Counted from the stretch's first letter, positions 1-14,612 are shown. The stretch: DNA of 64,000 nt from the human T2T-CHM13v2.0 reference genome, Homo sapiens (GCF_009914755.1 NC_060929.1); one strand, 5' to 3'. Made by a program: numbers and translations. Notes: generated by a model not told the origin, from the sequence alone.

Positions 1-1954
1 ATTTCTAGACAAGGAGCAGGCACCCTCCTCGTTTAACTGTAATCTGTCTTTGGTATGTGCTCTTTCTAAGTATATCTCTTCACTAGATTTTGGGGGAACA
101 CAAATTTATAGTTTTTCATTCTGAAAAATTTCCTCCAGGTGCTCAAAGTTGGCCTCAGGGACACGTGAGCAAGTCCATAAACAGAGTGAGTCGGCCTGGG
201 AGCTGGGTAACAAGCCATGGAATTCATCCATGGAGTCTTCCTCATTTCCTCTTCCTGTCTCCAAGGAGTGGCAGTGGGGGCTGGGCAGCCATAAAGATGC
301 TCCTATTAATTTTTTGCAATTCTCATATAAAACCATACAAATATGAGCAAACCACATACCCCCCGCCAAATATCTAGTTTCTCTGAAACTATATGTGCTA
401 AGTGGAAAACTCCCAGACAGAGCGAGCAGCAGAAGGGAACATAGCACCCTTAGGCAGCCACTAATCACGTTGGACACATCTTCTAGTCTGTTTATATGTA
501 AAATGATGCTTCTTTTGTTGATACTTTTAATATTTGACTATAAGAAACCATCTCAATCATATCCATTGTCCAGTTTCTCAGATGCGCAGTTGAGAAACCT
601 TGCTATTGCTACTTCTTGTTAAAATCAACAATTCCTTCTGTAGTGAAATGGACCTGTACCTATCAGCATGAGAAGACTAGAATTATTCTTCTGTCTAAGG
701 ATACAGCCTTTGAAAAACTTCTGAGACAAAATATATTAGCCCTAAGGCAACTTCCCCTTCCTCTTTTATCCTTGAAAGCTGATGGATTATGGTAAGAAGT
801 GGCCCAAGGGCACAGAAGCAGGCGTGCAGTTGAGTAAGGAACTCTTCCATAATAAAAAGGGGATGTGCTTATTATGACATAGGAACTGAACATGGAATGT
901 TTTTCCCTTTGTCTCTCTCCAGTTAAAAAGAAAGACAGCACAGTGCCCACCACAGGCACTCTGAGCCCCAGCCCCACGCAGGGGCGGTCTGCTTATTTCC
1001 CACTGTCGCCTCCGGTCTGTGGCCGTGCCTTTCATCACACCACGGGCACTGATTCAGCCAAGGACAAGATCCGTGCTGTTAATTGGTGTTCTTAGCAGAG
1101 GCGTTCCTTTCATTCCCTTTGTCTCCATCTCCGCGCTTGCTTTGTTCCTGCCTGGAATAACTCCAGCCCTCCCTCCCTCCCTCGCTCCCTTCCTCTATCC
1201 TCACTGTGATCACTCCGAGGCTTGACAGGCAGGGAAGAGTTCCTCACAGGAAGACTTAACAACAGGAAGGTGCGGGACATTCTTAGAAAGCCGCCTTCTC
1301 CCCAGGCACTGGCAGCACTGGAGAGACAGCGTTTGAACCCCATGTGGGATACATGGAGAACTCCAAAAGCAGTTGCTCCAGCCCTCTTTTCTTTTTGTCT
1401 TTGGCCTTTATTGTTGTGGTGGTTTTAGTATGTGATAACCCAAAAAAGTGGGAGACAGCTCTCAATAAATGACAAAATGGTGATTTGAAAAATAAAATGC
1501 AGTGCCATTCAGTGCATGTGGGTGGGCAGGGGGAAGAGAGGGGGACAAGATGTCATAAAATCAAATTAGTTCAGGTCTTGGTGTTGCATCCCGTAATGCT
1601 TTGTGTGCTTGGGAGTAGATGGTACCTGTGGGGTGCATGCACCTGGGGGCGCTTTACCTCCTCCAGTCTGTGCGACATGTCTTCATCCTGTTTCCAAGTG
1701 CTTATTAGCTTTAGTTGAGCAGCATTTTCCTTTTGATGGGGGAGTTACTCAAATATAATTGTAAAAGGAATTCCTAATTGGTTACAGCTTTTGTTTCTTT
1801 GTTTTTGAATTAACCAGGGACTGTATAATATAATGTACTAGATATTTGCTTTGTGGTTTATTGGGGGGAAATAATCTTCTGGTTCCTCATTCTACATAGC
1901 TGTAGCTCTTTCTAAGCTAATATTCCATCCCTTGAAACTCTGAAACTTTAGCTA

Positions 1955-2363
<409 letters not shown>

Positions 2364-4380
2364 TCATGTGGCTCTGTGAAAACATGTATAAGTTAGCATG
2401 GTTTATAGTAAATTTTCTTGAATGTAGGTAAAAGATGTTTCCATGCTAGCATTCTGAATCTGGTATAAATTTTTTAAAATAATAATAAATGTATACATGA
2501 ATGAAGAGAAATCATTCACCTCCTGAAATAAATCAGTCATATAGTTTAAACCACTAATTGCACAATTTTTAAAACCGTTTTGCCTGGGAGAGTCTTTTTG
2601 TGCCACCTGCTTCATTTAAAGACATGTTTCAACTTTTTAAAAAATCTGCGTATAGCCCCCTGCCCCCAACGTCTTTGGTATCCTCTTTAACAAAGCAGCC
2701 AAAGTGATTTCATTTTTTTTCAACAAATCATAGGAAGACATTAGCCAAAAATAAATATTCATTATGAAGAATACACTTCCATATGCCTTCTTCATGTAAG
2801 ATTAGATCTTTCATTTCTAACACTCTGTGTTTAATGTCAAGAACTATTATGCCCATGGGTTCAACATTCATGTTTCTTAACTGGGTGAGCACCTCTGGAA
2901 GGCAGACTCAGATGGACAGAAGGGTGTGTGAGCACCGTGGGACTGCTTATTTCCCCCAGAATTAACTTTCTGTTTCCTTACATGATGGTTGTCTATTCAG
3001 GACAATAATAAGTACTTTATTGCCTTGGGAATAACTTCCCATATAGAGAAATTAAGAATCAAGAACCCATTATTTTATAACAGGGAGAACTTCGGTATCC
3101 CTCAGTCAGCAGTACACAAAATAATAGTCTCATACGCATGCTGAATTTGTTTTGTTTTGTTTTGTTTTTAATAATCTTTCTTTGTATGAGTAATACGAAT
3201 CTTGGGTAATTTTGTGAAAAGAACAGCCATTTGACTTTTTGGGAACACAGAGGATCAGAAACATCTGAAAAAGCCACACAACTAGAGGAGCATTCAGAAG
3301 TTCTTGCTTTCTGAGCATTTAAACAGACCAGAGCCCAGAGTGCCGCAGCAGGCTGTCGCTCCTTGCCTGCCTGGGGCGGGGGCTGGGGGAATATGGGGTC
3401 ACATGCTGCATCCTCGCCCTCAGCCTCCATCAGAGCGTGGGTTGTCTCACAGCAGGCCTAGACGTGGCCTTATGCCTGTTGTTCTGTCATGCAGGAGAGG
3501 TGCAGGGAACCGGATCTCCCCTGACCTCTGCTGTCAGACTGAAAAGAGGACCCTGGAACAGTGCCACATTGGGGCTCGATGCGGGCAGTGGGGCCACTCC
3601 CTGGCTGGAGAACTTTCCCCACGAGGGCTGATGCGACATCACCTTTCCAAGGTCCACTACCCCCAGCCAGTACTAAAGAGCCATGTGGACTGCGCGTTAG
3701 GAGCGGGGCAGAAAGCTGCTGGGCATGGATGTCTTCAGCTGGCAGGATGTGTGTGTGTCTTTCTGGTTTCATTTATATGGAATTTTTTTTTTTTAAGTGT
3801 CTCTCTTTCACCCAGCAAGGCTATCTGCTTTTGTTCTTGTGTAAAAGTCAGGAATGAGTCCAAGTCCCCTCCCAGTAATCACTGGTAAGATAGTTCCTTG
3901 GGGATTTTTTCCTTTTGTTATAGCTTAGACTTTTGGTTACAGAAAAAGCATACTGTTCATCTTCCCAAAAAATATATTTTAGGGGCTGGCTTACTTAAAA
4001 AGCAGTGAAAATGGCCCTATCATTTCAAGACAGCAATATGGCCTAGACATTCTCCTCTAGTCAAGTCAGTATTTGTCCAGAGTAGAGAAAGATCACATTA
4101 AAAAGTAAGCCTCGGCCTACAGAGTTGGGTTAAAAAAGACTTTTTTACAACCTAGTGATTTTTTATGACATCGTGGTTTTTAACAATGTGTGGCCATCTG
4201 CCAGGCGAGCCATCAATCTGAGTCTGCCTGGTTCACCCCATCTCACCTCTGGAAGGAAATGGGAGATGAGGCAGGCAGAACAGACTGCTTCCACGGCCGG
4301 TGGGATGAAAGACGCCCTCTCGGCCCCATCTCTGCTGGGAGGCAGTGTAGTGGGAAGCAGAGAAAGTCCCATGGAGGCGG

Positions 4381-5284
4381 CTTCCGTTAGCACTGGCATG
4401 TTCTGTTTGGTGACATCGACGCGGCCAGCCTCCTATCTCTAGGGCTTCTCACTCTGGGTGGTGATGAGGCCATTTTCTTTCAAGACGTGACTCACTAAGA
4501 CTAGCCCAACAACCACCACTTGATTCCTATGTTGGCCTCTTGTTGCTCGGCTGCTGGTCACAAGGCAGAACAGCTATAGGCTCATCTTTTCCTGGAAGCC
4601 AACAGCCTAGTGATCAACTGTCCACCAGCTGCAGACCACGTGTTTCTAAAGCATTCCTGAGCCTCAGGCCAGCCAGGTCCTGTTCCGTTCAGGACATGTA
4701 TAACTCCAGTCTCTAGCCTTGTTTTAATTCCTTACGTTGATCCACACTAGCCCATTTTTACTGTTATCCACGATCAGTAATTGGACTCTTTCTTCATTTA
4801 TTTTATTTCTGAGGTGTTTTACACTTTCACTTTGGCAATATGTGAGATCCTGTGCATCTGATTAACCAAGCAAAGGATCTTACCATCTGTTTTCATTTAC
4901 ATTTAATTTCTTCACGTTTCTTTATTGGAAATTTCAGTGGTGAAAATAAAAAGAAAGACCTTTAAAATGAAATGGTTTCCTGACCAGAAATGCTGATAGA
5001 TTAGCATTCCCCTTCCAAGAATCAGCTTGAGAGGAAAAATGATGCTCAAAGTCTTGCATTTGTCTACATAGCTACATTTTCCAATGCTTATGTAATGTTT
5101 TCAGTGTTTTCAGAAACGACGCTGAGAATAAGAGTGTAAGAGCCAGTGTGTACATGTGACTTCCGTTGGCTTGTTCTGTTTGGTGAGATCGACGCGGCCG
5201 GCCTCATATCTCTAGGACTCCTCACTCTTGAGTGGTGATGAGGCCATTCTCTTTTCATGACATGACTCATGAAGACTAGCCCAA
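4381..5284. repeat. Dispersed direct repeat of about 125 bp (4381-4509 and 5160-5284)
   Basis: Both copies read cttccgtt...tgttctgtttggtga.atcgacgcggcc.gcctc.tatctctagg...gtggtgatgaggccatt...tgactca..aagactagcccaa. Confidence 0.9.
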
Positions 5285-8200
5285 AATGGGGAGACTGCAG
5301 TGTGTTCTCATTTTCATAATTCACAAAGAAGAGCAGTTGTTTTTCACTGGGTTGGTTTTAATTGATGCCAGTGATTACATTGTGTTCTGGCATTCAGGGT
5401 CACCTGGAGGTGTCTGCTGGTGAAAGCTCCCCACTGAATTTGTGGGAGGGGCTGCGCAGGGAACGGTGGAAGTGTTGGCCCTTCTCAGGCGGCAAAGACC
5501 ATGTGTTCTTCATTACAGCATGAGCCGTGGCAGTGCTGTGTTGGGCCTCTGGTTGAATCTTGGGATTATTTAAGAAAAAAAAAACCTGGGGAATTTAACT
5601 TTCTCCTTCATGTTTTCTGTGTTCAATTCATATTTGAAAGCAAAGACAGAGTTCATATTTTTGCATTTAGGACCCACTGTGCAATATGTAAAATTTGCTT
5701 TTAATAGTCTTTTGCCACATTTTCAGTCATTACCATTCTCCAGACTCACGCTCAGTGCTTCTCTGGCTGTTGTAAAGATTTCCCATGCTGACATGACAGC
5801 ATAACAAACAGTTGCAGCCCAGAATAAAGCCCTGGAACCCAGGTATGTGCAGAGAAGGAGAGAACCCCTGGGGACGCAGTGTCCATTCTAAATCTGGTGT
5901 TTCAACCCCTGATGAATCTTTCTTTTCCAGAGGAACAAATTAAGACTCACTAGTACTCACAGACAGATGATACACCAAACATATGTAAGAGCAAGGTAAC
6001 TGGAATGAACACATAGAAGTCAGCCAAGAAACCTCTCCAGATACTTGCTCACAAATAGAATATAGATTTAAGTTTGGAGAAATGTTTTAAAAATACTTGT
6101 ATATTCCGAACCACCAAAAGGGTAACTGTATTACTGGGCAAGTCAGTTGCTTAAGATTTCCCAAGTAATACCCCAGCTTTGTCTCATCATCATCATTTTA
6201 ATTCAATATGCATTGCCCAGGGGATGATTATAATCACTGTGTAAGATGCAGAGAAGATGCAGTCCCTGGAAGTTGCATCCAGAGGATTAACTTACAGATT
6301 AACTCAGTTTTTATGTGATCTGTAAGAGAATTTCTAGTGCACTGTGGTCTTTTCTTTATTCAAAAAAAAAAAGGCCACCTTGATTCCAAAAGCATGGAAT
6401 TCAAATCCAGTTTGAAAGTGTAGAGATGACAATCATTTACTCAGAAATTTTGCTCTAGAACATTTGAACCAACACCGTCAACAGTCATAAGCTAAGAATT
6501 TGATTATTCTTTTTAAGTAATTTATAGATCTGATTTTCACATTTGCCTTACAGCCTCCCTTGTATGGTGGAAGAACTTCCTGAATAAAAATGTGATTTAT
6601 TGCATCAAATTCTTGACAAGACAGAAGTTTGAGAAATTGCTATAGGCCAGTTATACCTGATTACACCGGGACTGCCCTCTTTTCAAATAGTCTGATGGAG
6701 TTATTTTCAGACATTAGAAGCAGTTGCTGCAAAGTGCCTTTGAATTAGCTTTCATCAGCACATAGCAATAACTGCTAAGTGAACATTTCTTTAAATCCTT
6801 ACAACTAGAATTTTAAACTAGCCCTTTGCTTCAAGAACTTGCCTCTGAGTTGTGCTGTATCCTGGTTAGAGTTTTTATCAAGACATCATTTCATTGTTCA
6901 TTTGACAGATATTTTTGAACACCTACAATGGACAGTAAGATGGGAATATCTGTCTTTAACATAAGCTAGCTAAAATCCTTTGGGGGAGACAGCGTGGAGA
7001 ATTTGCAATGCAAGACAGATGTTCACCGGAACTCTCCTGCTGTTGAGCAGGGCATCCGTGGGTGGCCCTGTCTCATCGGAAACGCCCTGGCTGTCAATCG
7101 GCAGCAGACCCACATGTGTGCATGTTTGGCTGACGTTATGTGGCATGAGGGCTGCCAGTCACAGCAGAGGCTTGGTGACCTTGTGGGGTTTGTGACCCTG
7201 GCTGTCCAAGGAGGCCCGGCCTTCACAGCCCCAGCTCTTCTTCCCACTCTGGGCCTGGGGCGCTTGTCCTTAGATTCGTCGTCTCGCCGCTCTGCTTCAT
7301 CCTGCTTTCTTCCTCAGCCTTCTGCAGCTTTTTCCTACACATCAGTGTGAGTATTCCCTCATACTGTGTTAGGCTATAAGTTTCCAAAGACTTTTTTCAT
7401 ACCTTTTCCCCCCAGCAGCCTGGTAAAGGCTAGAGGAATCACTGTCATTTTACACATCAAGAAACTGAAGCAAAAAGGGGGTCATTGACTCATAAGAACC
7501 CACACCCAGCAGGTGGCAGGGGTGTTAGTGGAACCCCGGCCCGGTGGCCTTGAGTGTCCACTCATCTGTAAAGACCACACCAGGCAAATACCTATTGAAC
7601 ACATGCATGTGCCAGGCAGACTTTAAACTCCAGATATACAGCACACACAAGGCAGCAAAAGCCACTTCTCCTGGTGCTTCCATGCTGGTGAGACTGAGAA
7701 ATGGAAGACATGCAGAGATTTGGGTGAAACCTTTTCAAATTCAGAGGCTGAAGTTTTTAGTTTGGCTTACTACTCTGCTCAGCAATGCAGTTGTTACTCT
7801 AGAACACTCAGAAGTCTTTAAGACTTTTTTACCATTGTGAAAATAAAGAGAGGGTTAAAGTGAAACATGATCCTCCTTGGTCTGCGACCAGCAGGATATG
7901 GTCCTTTCCCTCCTTTTTTTAAAAAAAACTTTTTTTTTAAGGTTTTTATTAATCACAGATGTCCCAAATTTACAGACTGGGCCTAGAAAACAGCCTCTCT
8001 TGTCCTGGCAGTCCCCGTGTTTTGTGTGTTCACATGGTGAAACTCTCTCCTGCGTGGGGCTGAATGTCAGCACTTCTGCTTTCTCTTCTTTCTTTACCTT
8101 TTTTTTCTTTTTTTATTTAAAAAGAAATCTAGCATGGACTTTTTTTGAACTCTTATTTCAGCAAGGAAGCCATCTATGTAAGGATTTTTCCCTCCTCAAA

Positions 8201-8964
8201 ATAAGAAGGAATGAATTTGAATTGACTTTCTCTTGGTGCTTCAAGCAGATCACAGATGGCTTTCTCATGCGCACAGCTGAACATCTTTTTAAGTGACTGC
8301 GATGTGCTGATAGTATCTTGTGCTCAAGTTTACTTTGTTCTATTTTAAAAATAGAAATAGAATTGAAGTAATTCATCTAGATTGCTTCATTCATCCTTCA
8401 TATTAAAAGTGATTTTTAGTACATCCTAGACGCCATGTTAGGCCTGCAGTTACAAATCTAATTGTGATGAAACCTAATTCTCATTTTCTGGGTACTCACA
8501 GTTGATGTAAATACAATGTAGTGAGTTCTGTGCTATCATGGAGTCCTTTATGCCTCAGCCATCCTACATTTATAAACACTTAACAGTTTATGAAGTTTGT
8601 TTGTTCCCATTATTTCATTTAATCCTATTACAACCCTGTGAGATGTGGAAACTCACATGCCAGAATGTTTGCTGTGTAGTGGGAGTGCCAGGTTCACTCA
8701 GGCCCTTTGACAAGTCCAGCATTCTTTCTGACATCCCTTATGGATCATCCATCTGGGCCTTGGATCAGCGGGTTTCCCCAGGCTGGAAAGGGGGAAGCAC
8801 ATTCCCAAACCAGGCTTAGTGGGAACTGAAGGCATTCTTGCTGATGAGAAAGTTAGCGATGGGGTGAAAAAGCAGGACTGAGAGTTAGTTGACTTTTTTT
8901 TCTTCCAAGGTGATAGGAGTTGAGGGAAAGGCAAGAGATGAGTAACTATTTCTTTGCATAATAG

Positions 8965-9260
<296 letters not shown>

Positions 9261-9785
9261 AGATTGATCTTTCATGGTATTTCTCAGGTCAGTTCTGTCC
9301 TGAGCCCCCACCCCGACACTGCTTTACATGACAGGCAGTGTTCACGTACACTTAGTCTGGACTCTGCCTTCTGAGACAGCAAAGCAGTAACACAAGTGAG
9401 AGATGAGTCGCTAGAAGGGTTGCCTTATTTGCTTTGAATTATCATCTTTGAATAAATAATTCACAAACTCATGAACTTGACTAAAATTAGATGTTACTTG
9501 TGTTCACTTCAAAACTGATCAGGATATACCAGTAACTCAGGACATCACCATTCATAGTGGTTGACTTATCAGTCAGTATGCATAGGCTGAGAAATAATAG
9601 CTTGCAGCTGGTTTGTTGGCTCACCTGTTTGTCATTTATTCAGTGTATACTCATTAAGCTCCAGGTGTATGCCACGCTGCCTGCTGGCAGCTGGGTATGT
9701 AGTTAGAAACAACCAGACATGGTGCCCTGGAGTCTAAGGTCATGGTTGGCTTCCTGCCTTCACAGTTGCCCAGCTAGGAAAATGT

Positions 9786-11453
9786 TGTGTCCGAAATTGT
9801 TGGGTTCTTGGTCTCACTGACTTCAAGAATGAAGCCGTGGATCTTCGTGGTGTTACAGTTTTTAAAGATGGTGTGTCCGGAGGTTGTTCCTTCTGATGTT
9901 CAGACGTGTTTGGAGTTTCTTCCTTTTGGTGGGTTCGTGGGCTCACTGGCTTCAGGAGTGAAGCTGCAGACCTTCGCGGTGAGTGTTACAGCGCTTAAGG
10001 TGGCACGTCTGGAGTTGTTTGTATCTCTTGTCCAGAGTTGTTCATTCGTCCCGGTGGGTTCGTGGTCTCGCTGGCCTCAGGAGTGAAGCTGCAGACCTTC
10101 GCGGTGAGTGTTATAGCTCATAAAGGCAGTGCGGACCCAAAGAGTGAGTAGCAGCAAGATTTATTGCAAAGATAAAGCTTCCACAGTGTGGAAGGGGACC
10201 CAAATGGGTTGCCGCTGCTGGCTTGGGCAGCCTGCTTTTATTCCCTTATCTGACCCCACCCACATCCTGCTGATTGGTCCATTTTGCAGAGAGCCGATTC
10301 GCCGATTTTACAGAGAGCTGATTGGTCCATTTTGACAGGGTGCTGATTGGTGCGTTTACAATCCCTGAGCTAGACACAGAGTGCTGATTGGTGTATTTAC
10401 AATCCTCTAGCTAGACGTAAAAGTTCTCCAAGTCCCCACTAGATTAACTAGACACAGAGCAGCGATTGGTGCATTTACAAACCTTAAGCTAGACACAGGG
10501 TGCTGATTGGTGCATTTACAAACCTTGAGCTAGACACAGAGTGGATTGGTGTATTTACAATCCTTTAGCTAGACATAAAAGTTCTCCAAGGCCCCACTAG
10601 ATTAGCTAGACACAGAGTGCTGATTGGTGCATTTACAAACCTTGAGCTAGACACAGAGTGCTGATTGGTGTATTTACAATCCTTTAACTAAACATAAATG
10701 TTCTCCAACTCCCCACCAGATTAGCTAGATACAGAGTGCTGATTGGTGCATCCATGAACCCTGAGCTAGACACAGAGTGCTGATTGGTACATTTACAATC
10801 CTCCAGCTAGACATAAAAGTTCTCCAAGTCCCCACCCGACTCAGGAGCCCAGCTGGCTTTGCCTAGTGGATCCTGCACCAGGGCCACAGGCGGAGCTGCC
10901 CGCCAGTCCCGCACTGCACACCTGCACTCCTCAGCCCTTGGGCAGTCGATGGGACCGGGCGCTGCGGAGGCTCAGGCTGCGTGGGAGCCCACCGCAGTGG
11001 GGCTTGGGCATGGTGGGCTGCAGGTCCCAAGCCCTGCCCCGCGGGGAGGTGGCTGAGGCCTGGCGAGAATTCAAGCGCGGTGCGGGCGGGCTGGCTGGCA
11101 GTGCTGGGGGACCCGGCACACCCTCTGCAGCTGCTGGCCCAGGTGCTAAGCCCCTCGCTGCCTGGGGCCAGTGGCGCTGGCTGGCCACTCGGAGTGCAGG
11201 GCCCGCTGAGCACACGCCCACCTGGAACTCTTGCAGGCGCTAGCCTGCGAGCACCGCACACAGCCCCAGTTCCCGCCTGCACCTCTCCCACCACACCTCT
11301 GTGCAAGCAGAGGGAGCCCTCCAGCCTCAGCCAGCTCAGAGAGGGGCTCCCACAGTGCAGCGGTGGGCTGAAGGGCTCCTCAAGCGTGGCCAGAGCAGAA
11401 GTGGAGGTGGTGCTGAGAACGAGTGAGGGCCGCCAGCATGTTGTCACCTCTCA
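9786..11453 (-). mobile_element. Solo LTR12-family (ERV9) LTR, about 1.67 kb, antisense to TRIO
   Basis: Reverse complement starts TGAGAGGTGACA and ends ...GGACACA. 4-bp TSD ATGT at 9782-9785 and 11454-11457. Tandem U3 repeats with 11 CCAAT boxes; U5 repeats of the gaagctgcagaccttcgcggtgagtgttac type. Confidence 0.95.
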
Positions 11454-12404
11454 ATGTGATCATGAGCCGATTACACAGGGCTCTGACCACAGGGCTCGCC
11501 TTCAGAGGGCTGCTCTTGTTATGGGTTTGAGCCATCCACAATCAAATCCTGAGCAAAAAAGTAAGGACACAGTGCCAAAAGGACAGGAGCATGCCTGCAC
11601 AGTGTGGGTGTCTGGGCAGGGGGTCTCATGCTCCTGTGTTCACAGCCATCAGGACCTCTTCTGGGGAAAGGCAACTGTGTGCACAAAAGTAATTTAAGAT
11701 CTTCCCATGGAGACTTCAGAATTCTAGAGCTCTGTGTTTATGGTGTGATATATCCTTATCCTGTGCCCAGTAACTCTGGAGACCTTAATTCTACTCAAGA
11801 TACCATTAGGACATGGGATTTAATTTAAAATTCGCATCAAAGTAGCTGATTTAGTGGGCAAAGTCTATATTTTTCAGATAGCTAAAAATAATAGATATGT
11901 TATTTCATTCTGTTAATGATGGTATTAAGTTTAAAGACTTTTAAAGCTTTTTAAACTCCTAATGTGTACATTGTATCACAACCCAGCAAAGAGCATAGAC
12001 ATGGGCTGTTACATTCCATTGATTTAGGCCAAAGGAATTTCTACTGTGAAAAGAAAAAAAGTTTTTTCCCCACCAGAGAGAGTCAAATAGCATGAAGAAT
12101 TGAGCATTCTTGTTAAAGAGAAGGGGTCATTATTGTCCCTCTACATTTGCAGACTTCTGAAACAAAATTTTTCTCAAGGTAAAATTTTTTAAATTCCACA
12201 AAATTTTTCTTATAGTTTATGACCACTGCTAACATTTTTCTAAGTCATAAATATTCCGGCAAAATGAAAGAATGTCACTTCCGTCATTCAATAAGTAGGA
12301 ACTCAGGGCAAGAACTGCTGCTTCTCATCAATGGCAGTTGTCACCCAGTCCTTTGCATTTAATCTGTGGCACCGATGAGCTCCCACCTTGGGCAGCCCTG
12401 ACCT

Positions 12405-12431
12405 CCCCCCCCCCCCCCCGCCCCGCCCCCC
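12405..12431. repeat. Poly-C run with adjacent GC boxes (C15 G C4 G C6)
   Basis: Direct reading. The minus strand is G-quadruplex-capable. Confidence 0.85.
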
Positions 12432-14612
12432 GGTACTAGGAGTGACCATTTAGGCCATAGCCACATTTTTAATGCTTAACCTGCCAGGTAAGCAGGAAAT
12501 CTCTTTCGAACCAGCTTCCCAAAGTGCAAAGAACCAAATCCCTTGCAGCTGAGCCCACAGAGAGAAGCTGGGGAATGACGTATTTAATTTCCTTTTCTTC
12601 TTGAACCATTTTTACAACAACTAGCTCCTTTCCCAGGCAAGGCTAAGTGTCCTGGGAATCATCCTTGTAACGCCAGCTGGGTGCCACAAAGCATTATTAA
12701 TTGACTGTGGTTCCTTCTCTCATGCGTGCAGAGGCCGCTGGATCTGCTGAACAGTAGGGAGGTCTGTGTGCTTCAGGGCTGCCCTGCGTCCCTGCCTGCC
12801 CTGCATGCCCTTTTCCGAGAGCACGCCTGCTTCTCTGTAGCCCTGCAAGTCTGGGTGGACAGAGGGACCAGGTCAGAATACTTGGTAGGTGTCACTTAGG
12901 CTTCATACCACTCCTATGCCAACTCCCCCCAAGTTCTAACTTACAGGCCCAAAAATGTCTGTGAGGTTGATTTATTGGCTGAGGTCCTACTAGTTGTGAT
13001 GTGTAAGTGTTCTGCTTATGAATGTTAAGACCTGTACTTGATTTCATTTTACTAAAATAAGTGGGCCTGGGTCTTTTTTTTTTTTTTTTCCTCCATCAGT
13101 TTATCCAAGGCACAGCAGAGCTCCGTGGTGACACCTCACCACATCTCAGGCATCCGGGCTGTCTCCCGACCTCCCCACGGGCCACACTCATAGTTCCTTG
13201 TCTTGTGCAGTTGTGAATCTATGTCAAACAAAAGACTGTCCTTAAAATATGAGCTGTGGGTCAGCTTGCTGTTTCTTTAGACTGTTGATTTCTGATGTTT
13301 CCATGTAATACTTGTGTGCCTACTGTATGCCAGGCACTGTGCAGAGCCCTGGAAGTACCTCAGGTCCCAGACAGATGAGGCCCCTGCCTTCCTGGAGCTT
13401 TTATCCATTCTCCTGACCCAGTGCCTAGGTTACCTGTGCCCACCTCCCTCAAAGGCCAGCTTCAGTGCCATCTCCTTCAGGGACCCTTCCATGGTTCCTC
13501 CTCCTGTTGCCCCTTCTCAACCCTAACAGGGTTTGTACCTCGCCTATAGTACAGGATAATTTTGTGATCCAAATACCACTGTGTGCTGAGTCACATGGAT
13601 GAAGAAACTAGGTGTTCATTATCTCTGTCCAGTGGGAAATCGGGGGCTTGGCTCCAAGTCACAGCACAGTAAGTGACTCTGAAATCTGCCACCTGCTCCA
13701 CCTGCTGTGAGCAGTGCAGGGTTCTGCTAGCAGTTGGTACTTTAAAAAATATTCGTTGAATAAATTGTCATCTGACATATAGATTATCCAAACCTGCCCC
13801 TTCTCTTTGTCCTTCCTGAGGCTAGGAACTGTGTCTACCTCATTTGCATTTTATCTTAAATCAGCACCTGAGAAAGTCCCTGGGAATGGATTTCATTCTT
13901 TTCCTACCTCCTTCCAGACCACACCGAAGGAAAGTGAGACTGATAGGGAAATGTTTTAGTAACTCTTGTTTAAAAATAGAGTAAATATATGAGAAAATAT
14001 ATATACATATAAGTACACAAACATAATATAGACACACATACAGAGGGGAAAGGGTTATCATTCTTTAACAGATATCAATGGGTTCTGAACCAGAGTTTGC
14101 CTCTGAGAAAAATCTGGATTTTGAAGAATGAATGATCCTGCCTAAAACGCATCATCTGTTTCTGGAATCTTCACTAATCTGTGTCTTGGGCGAAGGAAGG
14201 AACGGGACAGCAGTGAGACGGGCGTGTGCTGTCTAGTCCCAGCGTCGGAAGCACTTGGTGGGAAACCGCTGCCAACTCTGCTCCTGTAATCACAGGGTTC
14301 ACCTGCAGCAGGGAATGGCGTCCAGAGCCAGAGAGGCAGTGCAGCCCCTACAGGTATCTGTGCAAAGGAGTAGCTCACAAGATTACTTGACTTGAGAAGA
14401 TAGCAAGCACAGTGAATGATCACCATTGTCACCGTTCTGCTTTCTAAAGTTGGTCACTTCATTCCATGCCACCGTGGTGGAGCCCCTGAGCCAAGAGCTC
14501 AGGAAGGGGCCCAGCAGCTTTCACGCTCACTGGTGTGCGAGTTGTACAGTAGACGTCACACAAGTCCATGGATTGGCTGAGTGTCTGCTGTCACCCAAAT
14601 TTCAGATTTTTG

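Noticed and set aside
3304-3888. 194-aa intronic ORF
   Set aside because: Non-ATG start, no domain, and composition typical of a chance ORF in GC-rich intron.
4461-4530. GTGATGA box C motif in both copies of the 125-bp repeat, suggesting tandem snoRNAs
   Set aside because: No box D (CTGA) or terminal stem at a suitable distance in either copy.
10270-10830. Regularly spaced repeats that look like a CRISPR array
   Set aside because: These are LTR12 U3 tandem repeats. The spacers are themselves repeats and there are no cas genes in this eukaryotic context.
9740-11697. Several 100-240-aa ORFs
   Set aside because: They lie in or start within the GC-rich LTR12. No gag/pol/env motifs; this is a solo LTR.
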